Below are positions 47,851 through 58,289 of a stretch of DNA of 64,000 nucleotides, piece by piece. The notes beneath the pieces were generated by a model that worked only from the letters and a program-made list of their open reading frames with translations, searched no databases and was not told where the DNA came from. The stretch lies in the NCBI GenBank assembly GCA_964534175.1, contig CAZHNS010000002.1, forward strand, positions 11,863 to 75,862, read 5' to 3'. The DNA comes from an uncultured bacterium. GTDB taxonomy: Bacteria; Hydrothermota; UBA3072. Position 1 is the stretch's first letter; each line of letters opens with the position of its first letter. The position numbers and the translations under genes are program-made.

Positions 47851-48333
47851 CTATTCCGATTCTTCTGTCACTTCCTCTTCGAGCTCTTTAAAAGACTCAG
47901 AATTTGAAAATCTTCCATAAAGAGCATCACTGGCTTTTATTTGTTCAAGCAGCCTCTTCCTTGCCTGACCGAGAGGCGCTTCCATAACAACAGTTGCCCT
48001 GTAGATTTCTCCTTCCTGCTTTACGTCTTTTTTCTTTATATGAGAACCCACAAGGGATTGGTCAACAACAATTTTGCTAGTTTTGGAATACAAGCCGAGG
48101 AGTTCTGAGTCTTCCGTTAAGCCAACTTCTTCATCGAATTTCTTTATAAGAGCTTGAACATACGTATTGAGCTGCTGAATCATTTCCAGTCTTGCTTCGT
48201 GTCTTGCTTTATCTATGGCCATTTGATAATCACGCGATGTCTGGGTTGCTTCTGCGGACAACATATTAATATCTCCGGGAGTAGCACATTTAATCAAAAA
48301 AACCAGAAACACTAAAAGAAATATCCTCTTCAT
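47851..48333 (-). CDS. LPP20-like lipoprotein
   Basis: Lipobox LIKCA; size and helical content; RBS GGAGG. Confidence 0.45.
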   Translation of the reverse strand: MKRIFLLVFLVFLIKCATPGDINMLSAEATQTSRDYQMAIDKARHEARLEMIQQLNTYVQALIKKFDEEVGLTEDSELLGLYSKTSKIVVDQSLVGSHIKKKDVKQEGEIYRATVVMEAPLGQARKRLLEQIKASDALYGRFSNSESFKELEEEVTEESE

Positions 48334-48447
48334 TGTACCTCCTTTATAAGAAGCTTTTATTGACATAATTAATTAAATATAATTTCCCGTTTTCCAAAGT
48401 CAACCTTATATCTTTTAAAACGAAATAAATTCAGATTTAGAAAATTC

Positions 48448-48969
48448 TCAGTGAGGAATTTTTAACAAATGTTTAAGCTTTTCATATAATTGGCAAAAAA
48501 ACTCAACTGCTTCAGCATCCCTTATTTCGGGAGTCCATATATACTTTGCAAATCCTGTCTGGCAAAGAGCATAAAAACCAATAGCAATCTGACCGATTGC
48601 ATAGTAGCCGATTGCAAGCTGCCCGGCACCAAACAGTATTGAAATCGCAACCTGCGCCACGGCTGTAATCCCGAAAATAAGTTGCCCAAAACCAAAGAGG
48701 ATACCGACACCAAATTGAGCAAAGGTTATTAAACCTACGCCAAACTGCCCAATAGCCACAACCCCTTTTGCTACTCTTAACTTGTTTTGCTCATCTCTAC
48801 CAAAGGCAATATGAACCAGCGGATACCCATAAAAAGTCTCTTTTGATTTCCATTCAAATCCAGATCCTCTTGATTTTGTCCTCGCAGGTAAGAACTCTCC
48901 GCAGTACGGACATCTCCCGGCTTCTGTACTTACTTCTTGCCCGCATTCAGGGCACCTGAAAATATTCAT
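48448..48969 (-). CDS. zinc-ribbon membrane protein with tandem small-residue (FGxGQL) repeat helices
   Basis: CPECG...CPYCG N-terminus; repeated FGVGILFGFGQLIFG...FGAGQLAIG motifs. Confidence 0.5.
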   Translation of the reverse strand: MNIFRCPECGQEVSTEAGRCPYCGEFLPARTKSRGSGFEWKSKETFYGYPLVHIAFGRDEQNKLRVAKGVVAIGQFGVGLITFAQFGVGILFGFGQLIFGITAVAQVAISILFGAGQLAIGYYAIGQIAIGFYALCQTGFAKYIWTPEIRDAEAVEFFCQLYEKLKHLLKIPH

Positions 48970-49086
48970 TATTAGGATTTTGGGTCTGGGATTTAGCAAA
49001 TAAATAAAAATATTTGTGCAATTCGTTGTTTTTCTTTTCGGTTGGAATGAATTCTATATTCACACCGACTAACTTCTAAATTCTAA

Positions 49087-50460
49087 TCATTCCCTCGGAT
49101 AATAAACCTTAGGATTAATCTCGTATTTCTTAAGCTTAAGATAAATATTCTGTCGTGTCATCCCGGCCATTCTGGCTGCGTCGGTAACATTTCCTTCTGT
49201 TTGCTTCAACAAATTTCTAAGATATTTTTTTTCAAAAGACTCTTTTGCCACTTCATACTCAAGAATATTTGATGGTTCTAGTTCTTCGCTTCTACTCGTT
49301 CTCTCTGGCAAATGTTCAGCAAGTATAGTTTTTTCTTGACACAGAATTACCGCTCGTTCTATTGCGTTCTCAAGCTCACGTACATTTCCAGGCCAAGAGT
49401 AGCGCATCAACACCTCCATCGCTTCATCGGAAACCCCTATAATATCCTTATGGTTTTTATCTGCATACTTTTTCAAGAAATTCTGCGTTAACAACGGTAT
49501 ATCAATTTTTCTATCCCGCAAGGGAGGCAAAGAAATTTTGACTACGTTTAGACGATAATAGAGATCTTTTCTGAATTTTCCCTCTGCCACTGTATCTTCT
49601 ATATTTTTGTTTGTAGCTGCAAGAATCCTTGTATCGGCTCTTTTCTCTTCTGTAGAACCAACAGGATAGAAAGTCTTTTCCTCTAACACTCGGAGAAGCT
49701 TTGACTGGAAGGCAGGCGAAGTTTGAACAATCTCATCAAGAAAAATTGTGCCTTTGTGGGCAATTTCGAAAAGTCCTTTCTTTTTCTTATTGGCTCCCGT
49801 AAAAGCCCCTCTCTCATATCCAAATAATTCGCTTTCAAGTAGAGACTCGGGTAAAGCGCTACAATTTATAGCAACAAATCGATTTTCTTTTCTTGGAGAA
49901 TTAAAATGTATTGCTTTTGCAACTAATTCTTTGCCGGTTCCCGACTCTCCCTGGATTAATACTGTTGCTTCTGCGGAAGCTATTCGCTCTATCAACTCAA
50001 AGATTTCTTTCATTTGTTTGCTTTTACCAATAATGCCCGAAAAACGAAATTTTTCCTCGGCTGTCTTTTTTAAAGATTGATAGCTCAATATTAGTTCTTT
50101 CTGCTCAATAGCTCTCTTCAGTATTTCCATTATAGCTTTTGTAGAGGAAGGTTTCTCAATGAAATAAAAAGCCCCCATACGCATCGCCTTCACAGCGAGA
50201 TCAACAGTAGCATGCCCTGTTATCATAATTACAGGAAAATCAGAATCAATATTCCTTATTGTTTTGAGTAATTCTATTCCGTCAATATCAGGAAGAACGA
50301 GGTCAACCAAAGCTGCATCAAAGTCAATTTCTTTGAATCTATTGAGGCCTTCACCCGCCGTAACAGCGGTCGATACAACAAAATCTTCTCTTTCTAACGA
50401 TTCGCTTAATATTCTTAAAAGCTTTTCATCATCATCTACAATAAGCACTTTATTGCCCAT
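49087..50460 (-). CDS. sigma-54-dependent response regulator (NtrC family: REC, AAA+, Fis HTH)
   Basis: GESGTGKELVAKAIH Walker A, GAFTGA loop, ARD motif, C-terminal HTH. Confidence 0.85.
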   Translation of the reverse strand: MGNKVLIVDDDEKLLRILSESLEREDFVVSTAVTAGEGLNRFKEIDFDAALVDLVLPDIDGIELLKTIRNIDSDFPVIMITGHATVDLAVKAMRMGAFYFIEKPSSTKAIMEILKRAIEQKELILSYQSLKKTAEEKFRFSGIIGKSKQMKEIFELIERIASAEATVLIQGESGTGKELVAKAIHFNSPRKENRFVAINCSALPESLLESELFGYERGAFTGANKKKKGLFEIAHKGTIFLDEIVQTSPAFQSKLLRVLEEKTFYPVGSTEEKRADTRILAATNKNIEDTVAEGKFRKDLYYRLNVVKISLPPLRDRKIDIPLLTQNFLKKYADKNHKDIIGVSDEAMEVLMRYSWPGNVRELENAIERAVILCQEKTILAEHLPERTSRSEELEPSNILEYEVAKESFEKKYLRNLLKQTEGNVTDAARMAGMTRQNIYLKLKKYEINPKVYYPRE

Positions 50461-50650
50461 AACGTTTCCTCCTTATATACTCTTCATAGCATTCTATTAC
50501 TTCGATTTAATATATACATATTATATATCATTTGTCAAGTATATTCTACACTTGTTCATTCTAATTTTAGCAAATATAATTTTTTTTTTACTCATACAAC
50601 TGACAACCAATGTCTTAATGGCTGGAATATTTCTTTTATAGTAATTTAAT

Positions 50651-52201
50651 ATGATGATGAAATTTAAGAAAGCTGGCGATTTAGATGTTTTTCTAATATT
50701 CAGGTGGCTTGTTTTACTCTCCATAATCCTTATCGCTGGTTACACTACGAAAGAAGTTGGCAGAATAGGTATAATTTATATAATAGCCTTTTTTTATTTT
50801 GCTTTAAATATAATTTTAAGAATATGGAAACCAGAGCTTTTACAAAAGCAGTTGACTTTATTTTGTTTATTCTTTTTTGATATTATTATTGTCTCTACTG
50901 TTTTCTATTTCACGGGAAGCATACGTTCAGATTACTTCATTTTTTATTTTCTCACCATAATGATGGCTTCGATCTCGTCGGGCATGGGTACATCAATAGC
51001 GATTACGATCGCAAGCACCGGAATTTACACATGGCTAGTTCAACAAAGGGGAACCTTAAGCTTTCAAGATCCGGTATTTCTCTTGAAAATTGTTTTCTTA
51101 CTGTTAACTGCTTTTATAAGTAGTTTATGGAACAAAATAATGAAGGAGAAAATTGAAACGGTAAGAAGGGAGGAAGAAAAGGAAAAAAGAGAACTTCAGC
51201 AATTTTATAGAGACGTCGTGAGCTCTGTAAATACCGGAATTGCGGTTTTTGAAAATGTGGAGGGGGAATCAGTCATAAGCTTAATAAATCCAAAAGCGCA
51301 AGAACTTGTAAAAGCAGATACTGATATCCTCTCCATTCTGCAGGAATGCGTTAAAGAGTTTGGGAACCCGGGCAAGAGCAAGCATCTGGTAAAAATGAAT
51401 AAGGGCAAATACTGGGGTATTAATCTTGCTTTATTCCAAAATGAGAGTAAAGGGAAAAAGGGTGCAATAGTTGTATTCAACGATATAACCGAGAGAAAAA
51501 GAATGGAAAAAGAAATGCAGAGGTCAGAAAGAATAAACCGGTTGGGTAAATTGACTCTTCAAATAGCACATGATTTAAGAAATCCTCTCGGTACAGTTAG
51601 CGGCTTAGCTCAAATCCTTACAATGTCTCCAAAAAATGATAAAGGGAAAAAATACGGCGAAGAAATATTGAAGGCTACGAATATAATAAATGAATTAATA
51701 GGGGATATGCTCGATTTCTCGAAAGATCATGATTTGCATTTTCAAGAATTTGATTATGTTGCTTTTCTTAATGAAGTTGTAGAGAGTTTCAAAAACTCTG
51801 AAAACATGAAAGAGAAAAAAATCGAAATAAAAATTAAGCATGATAGAAAAAAACATGAAATTGAAGCAGATAGAGATAAACTAAAGAGGGTGTTCGCCAA
51901 TCTAATCAATAACGCATGTGACGCAGTAAGCGAAGGAGGACAAATAGATATCAATGTGAGCGAGAAAAATGGCTATATTGTAACCAAGGTAATAGATAAT
52001 GGTTTAGGTATTCCTGAATCCAAAATAGATGAAATTTTCGAACCTTTTGTAACCAACAAGAAAAATGGAACAGGATTGGGACTTTCAATCGTCCAGAGAA
52101 TTGTTTCTTCACACAAAGGGAAAATTTTCGTAGACAGTAAAGAAGGTGAAGGAGCAGAATTTACAATCGAATTACCAAAAGAAGGAGAAAAAAATGGCTA
52201 A
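50651..52201 (+). CDS. membrane sensor histidine kinase (polytopic N-domain, HisKA, HATPase_c)
   Basis: 6 TM helices; H-box IAHDLRNPLGTV; N, G1 (DNGLGI), G2 (GTGLGLSIV) boxes. Confidence 0.8.
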   Translation: MMMKFKKAGDLDVFLIFRWLVLLSIILIAGYTTKEVGRIGIIYIIAFFYFALNIILRIWKPELLQKQLTLFCLFFFDIIIVSTVFYFTGSIRSDYFIFYFLTIMMASISSGMGTSIAITIASTGIYTWLVQQRGTLSFQDPVFLLKIVFLLLTAFISSLWNKIMKEKIETVRREEEKEKRELQQFYRDVVSSVNTGIAVFENVEGESVISLINPKAQELVKADTDILSILQECVKEFGNPGKSKHLVKMNKGKYWGINLALFQNESKGKKGAIVVFNDITERKRMEKEMQRSERINRLGKLTLQIAHDLRNPLGTVSGLAQILTMSPKNDKGKKYGEEILKATNIINELIGDMLDFSKDHDLHFQEFDYVAFLNEVVESFKNSENMKEKKIEIKIKHDRKKHEIEADRDKLKRVFANLINNACDAVSEGGQIDINVSEKNGYIVTKVIDNGLGIPESKIDEIFEPFVTNKKNGTGLGLSIVQRIVSSHKGKIFVDSKEGEGAEFTIELPKEGEKNG

Positions 52202-52592
52202 AGTGTTAGTAGCTGATGATTCTCCTTCTATTTTATATCTGTTCAAGGAGTTTTTTAAGCTTAAGGGTTTTGAGGTTGATACGGCAGATAATCGTCTTGA
52301 AGCCAACAGTAAACTTATCAGAAATAATTACCATCTTGTTATCCTTGATATTGAAATGCGAAGAAAACAGGAGTTAGAAGTACTACAAAATTTAACTGCA
52401 CGAAGTTATAAATTCCCTTTAATTATATTTACGTCAAACGAAGACTTAAAGGAAGATTTAAACGTTATTGCTAAACGAGAATTAGATATCGAGCTTATAA
52501 CCAAACCGCCAAATTTGGAACTTCTTTGGAACAAAGCAGTTTATTTATTGAAAAAAAATGCAATTAGAGAAGAACCGGGGCGGAACAACTGA
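52194..52592 (+). CDS. single-domain CheY-like response regulator, translationally coupled to kinase
   Basis: ATG 52194 with GAAGGAG RBS, 8-nt overlap with kinase stop; VLVADDSPS...ILDIEM...TKP. Confidence 0.6.
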   Translation: MAKVLVADDSPSILYLFKEFFKLKGFEVDTADNRLEANSKLIRNNYHLVILDIEMRRKQELEVLQNLTARSYKFPLIIFTSNEDLKEDLNVIAKRELDIELITKPPNLELLWNKAVYLLKKNAIREEPGRNN

Positions 52593-52683
52593 GAACTAGA
52601 ATCTTAAAGAAAATTAAATAAGGAAGACATATTACTAACTTTAAAGCGAAGATAGTTAAGTTTCAAACTTAGACTTTCCACTT

Positions 52684-54255
52684 TTAGTAAAAAAAGGTAC
52701 TACCTCCTATAAATTCTCTCAGTATAGAAGTTTGGGGTATTTCTTTGTCCGGGATATTAAGAAAATGATCTAGGAAATTTAAAAGTCTTAGAGCCTCACA
52801 ATAATAAGGAGAACTGGTAGAAACACACCTTAAAGGCGTTTCTAGAAAAACCTTCAAAACTGCGAGCTCATAAACGAGTGACGAGTTAAACATCACATCG
52901 GCCCTTTCCTGATATGGAAAAATAAATTGTTCTTCACCATCTTTAACTGATTCCCATTTCTTTAAAGTATATTCAGCATCATAACCTCTATATCTTGTAT
53001 CTCTGAAAACCCTCCTCAAAAGTCTCAGGTCTCTTGTAGGAATTCTGTTGACTCTGTTAATATTCACCTGGGTTAAAGGGGAAACATATATAAGAAAAGT
53101 TTCTAACGGTATACCCGCCATCAATTCTGGGTTAAAGCAATGTAGCCCTTCAATAATAAGCATGCTATTTTCTTTTAATTCGATAATTTCACCGCTTTTC
53201 TCTCTTCTGCCAGTTTTAAAATTAAAATATTGCCTTTCTGCTTTTTTACCCTTTAATAAATTATTGATATGTCTTTTGAATAACTTAACATCCAAAGCTG
53301 AAAAGGCATCGAAAAAATGTGTACCGTCTTTATAATAAGGGGTTTCATCTCTTTCAAGGAAGTAATCATCGAGAGACACATAAATAGGTTCGATACCGTG
53401 TAAGCGCAAATGAATTCCAAGTCTTTTGGAAAAAGTGGTCTTACCGGAAGAAGAAGGACCAGCCACTAAGACAACCCTGACTTTTCTCCTTTTCTTAACA
53501 ATTTTTTTGCAAATATCGGTAATTTTTTCGCTGTGGATAACTTCTGCAATCTTTAGAATCTCCGATATTTTTCCTCTTATAATATATCGATTGAGTTGAG
53601 ATACACCCCATATTTTTAAGATTTCTGCTTCTTTTTCTGCCTCTCTATATGCATTAAAAAGCTTTTTTCTTTGCTCGACTCTGCCAATAGTTAATGGATT
53701 ATTTTTAGAAGGAAGAATCAGCAAAAATCCTCCTTTTACCGATTTTAGATCAAAAGTTGAAAGAAAGTCAGTATTAGGCAAGAGAGGTCCGGCAAAGTAA
53801 GCCGAAAACCCATCAATTTTATAAACAGGGATATAAGATACTGCAAGATTTTTAAGAATATTTATATCATCTTCCCTGCCAGAAAGACAATGCATTGCTT
53901 CTAATTTTGGAAGCATCGATCTCTCAATAGGCTTATTTTTCTTTATTAGATCCTCCATTTCCCTTTTAACCGAATCTAATTGTAAACTTCCTTTGAGAAA
54001 TCTACCGAATATTGCATTACCATATGAATGTTCAATCTTAATTGTAACTCCTCTTTTTTTAGAAATATAGTCAAGCAAGAAAACCAGTGTTCTCTCGTAG
54101 GTCCTCATCCCTTCCGTATCACCCAAATCAAGAAACTCTACCGAACCCCCATCGGGTACACTGTTCTGAAGAGAAATATACTGATTATCAACTTTAGCTA
54201 AGGTTACAGGAAACTTCAGATTTGAATATTTGTCAAGTATCTTCTGGCTCATCAA
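52684..54255 (-). CDS. uridine kinase/PRK-family P-loop kinase with ~250-aa N-terminal extension
   Basis: VVLVAGPSSSGKTT Walker A followed by SLDDYF; C-terminal half matches Udk/PRK fold. Confidence 0.55.
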   Translation of the reverse strand: MMSQKILDKYSNLKFPVTLAKVDNQYISLQNSVPDGGSVEFLDLGDTEGMRTYERTLVFLLDYISKKRGVTIKIEHSYGNAIFGRFLKGSLQLDSVKREMEDLIKKNKPIERSMLPKLEAMHCLSGREDDINILKNLAVSYIPVYKIDGFSAYFAGPLLPNTDFLSTFDLKSVKGGFLLILPSKNNPLTIGRVEQRKKLFNAYREAEKEAEILKIWGVSQLNRYIIRGKISEILKIAEVIHSEKITDICKKIVKKRRKVRVVLVAGPSSSGKTTFSKRLGIHLRLHGIEPIYVSLDDYFLERDETPYYKDGTHFFDAFSALDVKLFKRHINNLLKGKKAERQYFNFKTGRREKSGEIIELKENSMLIIEGLHCFNPELMAGIPLETFLIYVSPLTQVNINRVNRIPTRDLRLLRRVFRDTRYRGYDAEYTLKKWESVKDGEEQFIFPYQERADVMFNSSLVYELAVLKVFLETPLRCVSTSSPYYCEALRLLNFLDHFLNIPDKEIPQTSILREFIGGSTFFY

Positions 54256-55783
54256 TTAAAGAAATCGCTTTTTCCACATTTATGTAAGCTATATTATTTC
54301 TACCTCTTCCTTTAACATAGTACATTGCAAGATCAGAAAGCCGAAGTAAATCATAGAAATTTTCACTGTCTGTTGGATAACAGGCTATGCCAAAACTTGC
54401 ATTAATTTGAACCTCTATTATTTTTTCTTCATCTTTTATGCTAAATTTCTTCTTTGATATTGAATCCCGAAGCATTTTAACGAATTCGATCGATCCTTTT
54501 AAGTCTAACCTACGCAGAACTATAACATATTCATCTCCTCCGTACCGCATGCCAACATGATCTCCCTGTTCTATTTTGGTTTTTATTTCTTTGCCCACGA
54601 GACGCAATAACTTACTTCCAATTAAATGATTATAACTATCATTTACATTTTTAAAATGATCAAGATCCATGAAAATCACGGCCCCCTTTCCCTCCGACTT
54701 ATTCCATTCCTCTACTATAGAAGGCAAATATTCATTACAATAACGGGAATTATAAAGACCCGTGAGTTCGTCTGTGATCGTTGCCAATCTTATTTTCTCA
54801 TAAAGTCTTGCATTATCGATAGCTATCCCAAGCTGATAGGAAACCTCTTTTATGATTTTGGCTTCTTCTTTGTTAAAAGCGTATTTCAGAGGAGAACCTA
54901 TAACTGTTATCCCAATTAGTTTTTCTCCTTTTTTTATAGGTATAACCATCTCTGATTTAAATTTATCACTAAAATCTTTAAAGGATTTCTCCTTTTCCGT
55001 ATTTTCACAAATGATCATTTCTTGTTCTTTTAAGACCTTTCCTACCAGACCTTTTCTCTTTTGTACTTCTTTTTCGAACTTAATATCTTCTTTGGCAGAG
55101 AACCCTTTAAGCACAACATTGGACCCTTCTTCAAGAGCTATACCTACAAAATAATAATCAAATGCTTTCTGAATCAACTCCGTACTCTTTTTTAAAAGCC
55201 TATCCAGATCAAGAATACTTGTAATAGTTTTATTAATATCAAAAATAAGTGTTAATTGACCAACTTTTGCTTTGAGATTTTGAACTAAATGTGCATTCTC
55301 AAGAGCAATAGCCGCATGTTCAGCATAATTGTTTACAAGGCTTAAATCTTCTTCATTGAAAGGGGTTTTATCTTCCTTGTTTATTGCTTCTATTATACCC
55401 AATATCTTTCCTTTACTCAGTAAAGGAACAGATAAAATAGTATTTGTTATAAATCCTGTTTGTTTATCAATATTCTGAAAAAATCTTTTGTCCTTATAAG
55501 GGTCAGTCACGATCGCCGGTTTCTTATTTTTTACCGTCCATCCCACAACACCTTTATCAATCGGCATCCTTTTACCTTCTAAATTGTTCTTCTTCTCTCC
55601 AATCACTTCTTTAAAAACAAGTTCCTCTCTTTTCCTATCCAAAAGAAGCAAAGACCATGCTTCAGCATCAATGAGCCGGGAAACATTTTTCATAATAAGC
55701 TCAAGTACTTCATCAATCTCTATATCAGGCGAATTAATAGCTTTTAATATTTCCCCTAATCCTTGAACTTTATTCTTCTTCAT
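54233..55783 (-). CDS. GAF-GAF-GGDEF diguanylate cyclase (motif variant GGDEY)
   Basis: Two GAF-like segments then RYGGDEYVIVL and conserved DxLTGL... region; start ambiguous (55783/55807/55855). Confidence 0.7.
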   Translation of the reverse strand: MKKNKVQGLGEILKAINSPDIEIDEVLELIMKNVSRLIDAEAWSLLLLDRKREELVFKEVIGEKKNNLEGKRMPIDKGVVGWTVKNKKPAIVTDPYKDKRFFQNIDKQTGFITNTILSVPLLSKGKILGIIEAINKEDKTPFNEEDLSLVNNYAEHAAIALENAHLVQNLKAKVGQLTLIFDINKTITSILDLDRLLKKSTELIQKAFDYYFVGIALEEGSNVVLKGFSAKEDIKFEKEVQKRKGLVGKVLKEQEMIICENTEKEKSFKDFSDKFKSEMVIPIKKGEKLIGITVIGSPLKYAFNKEEAKIIKEVSYQLGIAIDNARLYEKIRLATITDELTGLYNSRYCNEYLPSIVEEWNKSEGKGAVIFMDLDHFKNVNDSYNHLIGSKLLRLVGKEIKTKIEQGDHVGMRYGGDEYVIVLRRLDLKGSIEFVKMLRDSISKKKFSIKDEEKIIEVQINASFGIACYPTDSENFYDLLRLSDLAMYYVKGRGRNNIAYINVEKAISLIDEPEDT

Positions 55784-58289
55784 CTTTTTCCTCGGGTAAA
55801 ACTTCATATATAATTTTAATTCTTTCTTTTTTAACCTCAAGTTCTCCGCTTTCATTGATGGTAAGTTTTAAATCTTTAGGTACGTCGAATTCTAAAGCTT
55901 TTCTTTTATCCTGTTGGTCCAAATGATAAATGCCAACCGGCGAGACACTAAAACCATCAAAGAAAAATGAACGATCCTTCTCTTCTGTGTTCAATATATA
56001 AAGTAGTTTATTAACAATTTCTTTTTCTAAATCACCCTTTTTAAGGGATTCTGTTATCAAATAATTGTCAGAATTCAGCATTAGATTTATTAATGTATTA
56101 TTGTCTATTAATATAACCGACCTCTCAGGACTCTTACCCGAAGATAGCAATGCTCCTTCATCCACGAGAATACCATTTAAATCCGGATCTCCAAAAGCGT
56201 TCGGGGTAAAAATTAAATCTTTACCTGGGTTACCACTGGCAATTCCAATTCCCAGTCTAAATAAAGATTTAAACTGAGGTGGTAACAATGCATAAGTAAT
56301 ACCTTCATGGAAAATTTCTTTTTCCGTTATTTCTCCAAACCAACCCCTGTATTTGACATAATTCTCCTTAACGAATTTCTCGGCAGCTTTGACCATATTT
56401 AAAGCCGTTCTTATTGCCATCTCTCCGCTCTTCAAATGAGGCAAAATATTAAACTCATCTTCAAGTGCCGTAGAATAACGCACAATTGAGCCTGATCTAG
56501 TCCGAGAAGTTTTGTAAATATTTCTATAAAGCTTTTGAGAATTACTACCGAACCAAAGAATTCCTCCATCCCCTGTATCTTTTAATATAAAAGCAGCTCC
56601 CTTTTTGGAAGCTTCAAAAATTTGTGTCTGGAATAGACTAAGAATAGATCTTTCTCTTTCAGCATCTCTCAATCTATGAGACATAAAAGTGGAACCTCTT
56701 ATATCATAAACTAGTGAGGAAACAAGAGAAGAAAATTTCTTCCGGAGAACTTTAGAAATTTCCTCCTTTAATTCGAGCTTTTCTCTATCTATCTTAGGTT
56801 CAATTTTACCTAGCTTAGAAAATCTGTAAAATTTACCCTTCGGCAATAAATCCAGACCCACAAGATGGATTATTTTGTCTCCAGTCATTCTTGACCTTGC
56901 ATTATCAAAATCAACCGACGGCGGCCAAATTTCCATCATGTTGCAAATAATATCACGAACGTATATAACCTCAAGGACTTCATAGAAAACTGACTTATAA
57001 TTATAAATCACTTTTTTAACGTCCGGCAGAAAAGATCTTTTCGAATTAGAACTCAACTTAGAAAAAAGCTGATTATCTTTAGTAGCTCTTTCCTCTTTTC
57101 TCAGAAAATGAATGATAGCTTTTTCAGAAGCAGGGCTTATTATAGCAAGAAATGGTTGAGCCTTCCAAAACTCTAACACTGTTTTTTCGATTACCCAGGA
57201 AGAAACAGGCGGCAACAGAGCAGTTATATCCTGAGGTTTTATACTCTGAAGGACCTTATTCTGATCGATTTGATCTTTCAATGCTGCACCAGAATTTTTA
57301 AGTTCTTGAACCATTCTAAGGTGCAACTTCAATGTTTCTTCAAGCCTTGTAATCTCTTCTTGAACGTTTGCAAGTGCTACAGATAAATCTTGATTCTTCA
57401 CATCTATCAAAGTCTGCAATTTATTTAAACTTTTTTGAAGAAATTTGTTGGTTTCTTCCCGAACCTTCATATCCTTTCCGTCCAGAACCCTATCCCTTTC
57501 CATTAACTTCTTTTTTGCTTTGGTTGCCTTACCGGAAGCTATCTTTGCTAAAGTTTGTAAAATGCTCTTAGACGGAACAAAAAAATCTTCGAAAGGAAAA
57601 TTTCTTAAAGATTGTGTACTGGTTATCTCGGAATTCTTAAATATAGAAATTATATCCCCCGATTCCCTCTCCGCAAAATCTTCTATCAAAATATCATGTA
57701 TTTTCATAAACACAGAAGGGGTTAATCCGTAAGGAGCTAGAAAACGTTTCAGGTCAGCGATGTGTAAATTACGCGCGGGAAATCCCAGAAAAATAGGTTC
57801 TCTTGTTAACAATCTCGAAAAAGGTTTAATTTCTTGCTCGGGCACACCCTCCAAGATAATGTTAATCAATTTCTTTCCAGCTACTAATGCGTCGCGGAAT
57901 CCTTCTGCCAATTCGGTCGGATATAATTTAATTAAAGCCGATAAAAGTATTACAAAAAAATGTTCGCCTTTATCTAAAGCGTTAAGAAATAAATCACACA
58001 AAAATTTCTTATCTTTTTTGTATAATTTATCTTCCTTTAGTCTAACAAATATATCACGGAGATAAGCTAGATCGTCATTACCAATCTCAATAAATATTTT
58101 AACATTATGCTCGTTAATAAAATCGAAAAAAGTAGTTTTAATAGATTTTGGCTTTAAATATCTCGCCAAAAGTTTTCTATAGTACTCAAAGCTGCTTTTA
58201 TCTCCTACACTTTGTTCAAGAGAATCAAGAAGTTTGCTTTCATATGTACTGGCAATTTCTAAATACGTCGGGCTAAATTTTTCTTTCAT
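55770..58289 (-). CDS. large protein with C-terminal class-III adenylate/guanylate-cyclase-like domain; N-terminal ~500 aa helical, unknown
   Basis: YDIRGST, KDTGDGG, LGIGIASG, FGDPDLNGILVDEGA resemble CHD motifs. Confidence 0.5.
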   Translation of the reverse strand: MKEKFSPTYLEIASTYESKLLDSLEQSVGDKSSFEYYRKLLARYLKPKSIKTTFFDFINEHNVKIFIEIGNDDLAYLRDIFVRLKEDKLYKKDKKFLCDLFLNALDKGEHFFVILLSALIKLYPTELAEGFRDALVAGKKLINIILEGVPEQEIKPFSRLLTREPIFLGFPARNLHIADLKRFLAPYGLTPSVFMKIHDILIEDFAERESGDIISIFKNSEITSTQSLRNFPFEDFFVPSKSILQTLAKIASGKATKAKKKLMERDRVLDGKDMKVREETNKFLQKSLNKLQTLIDVKNQDLSVALANVQEEITRLEETLKLHLRMVQELKNSGAALKDQIDQNKVLQSIKPQDITALLPPVSSWVIEKTVLEFWKAQPFLAIISPASEKAIIHFLRKEERATKDNQLFSKLSSNSKRSFLPDVKKVIYNYKSVFYEVLEVIYVRDIICNMMEIWPPSVDFDNARSRMTGDKIIHLVGLDLLPKGKFYRFSKLGKIEPKIDREKLELKEEISKVLRKKFSSLVSSLVYDIRGSTFMSHRLRDAERERSILSLFQTQIFEASKKGAAFILKDTGDGGILWFGSNSQKLYRNIYKTSRTRSGSIVRYSTALEDEFNILPHLKSGEMAIRTALNMVKAAEKFVKENYVKYRGWFGEITEKEIFHEGITYALLPPQFKSLFRLGIGIASGNPGKDLIFTPNAFGDPDLNGILVDEGALLSSGKSPERSVILIDNNTLINLMLNSDNYLITESLKKGDLEKEIVNKLLYILNTEEKDRSFFFDGFSVSPVGIYHLDQQDKRKALEFDVPKDLKLTINESGELEVKKERIKIIYEVLPEEKDEEE

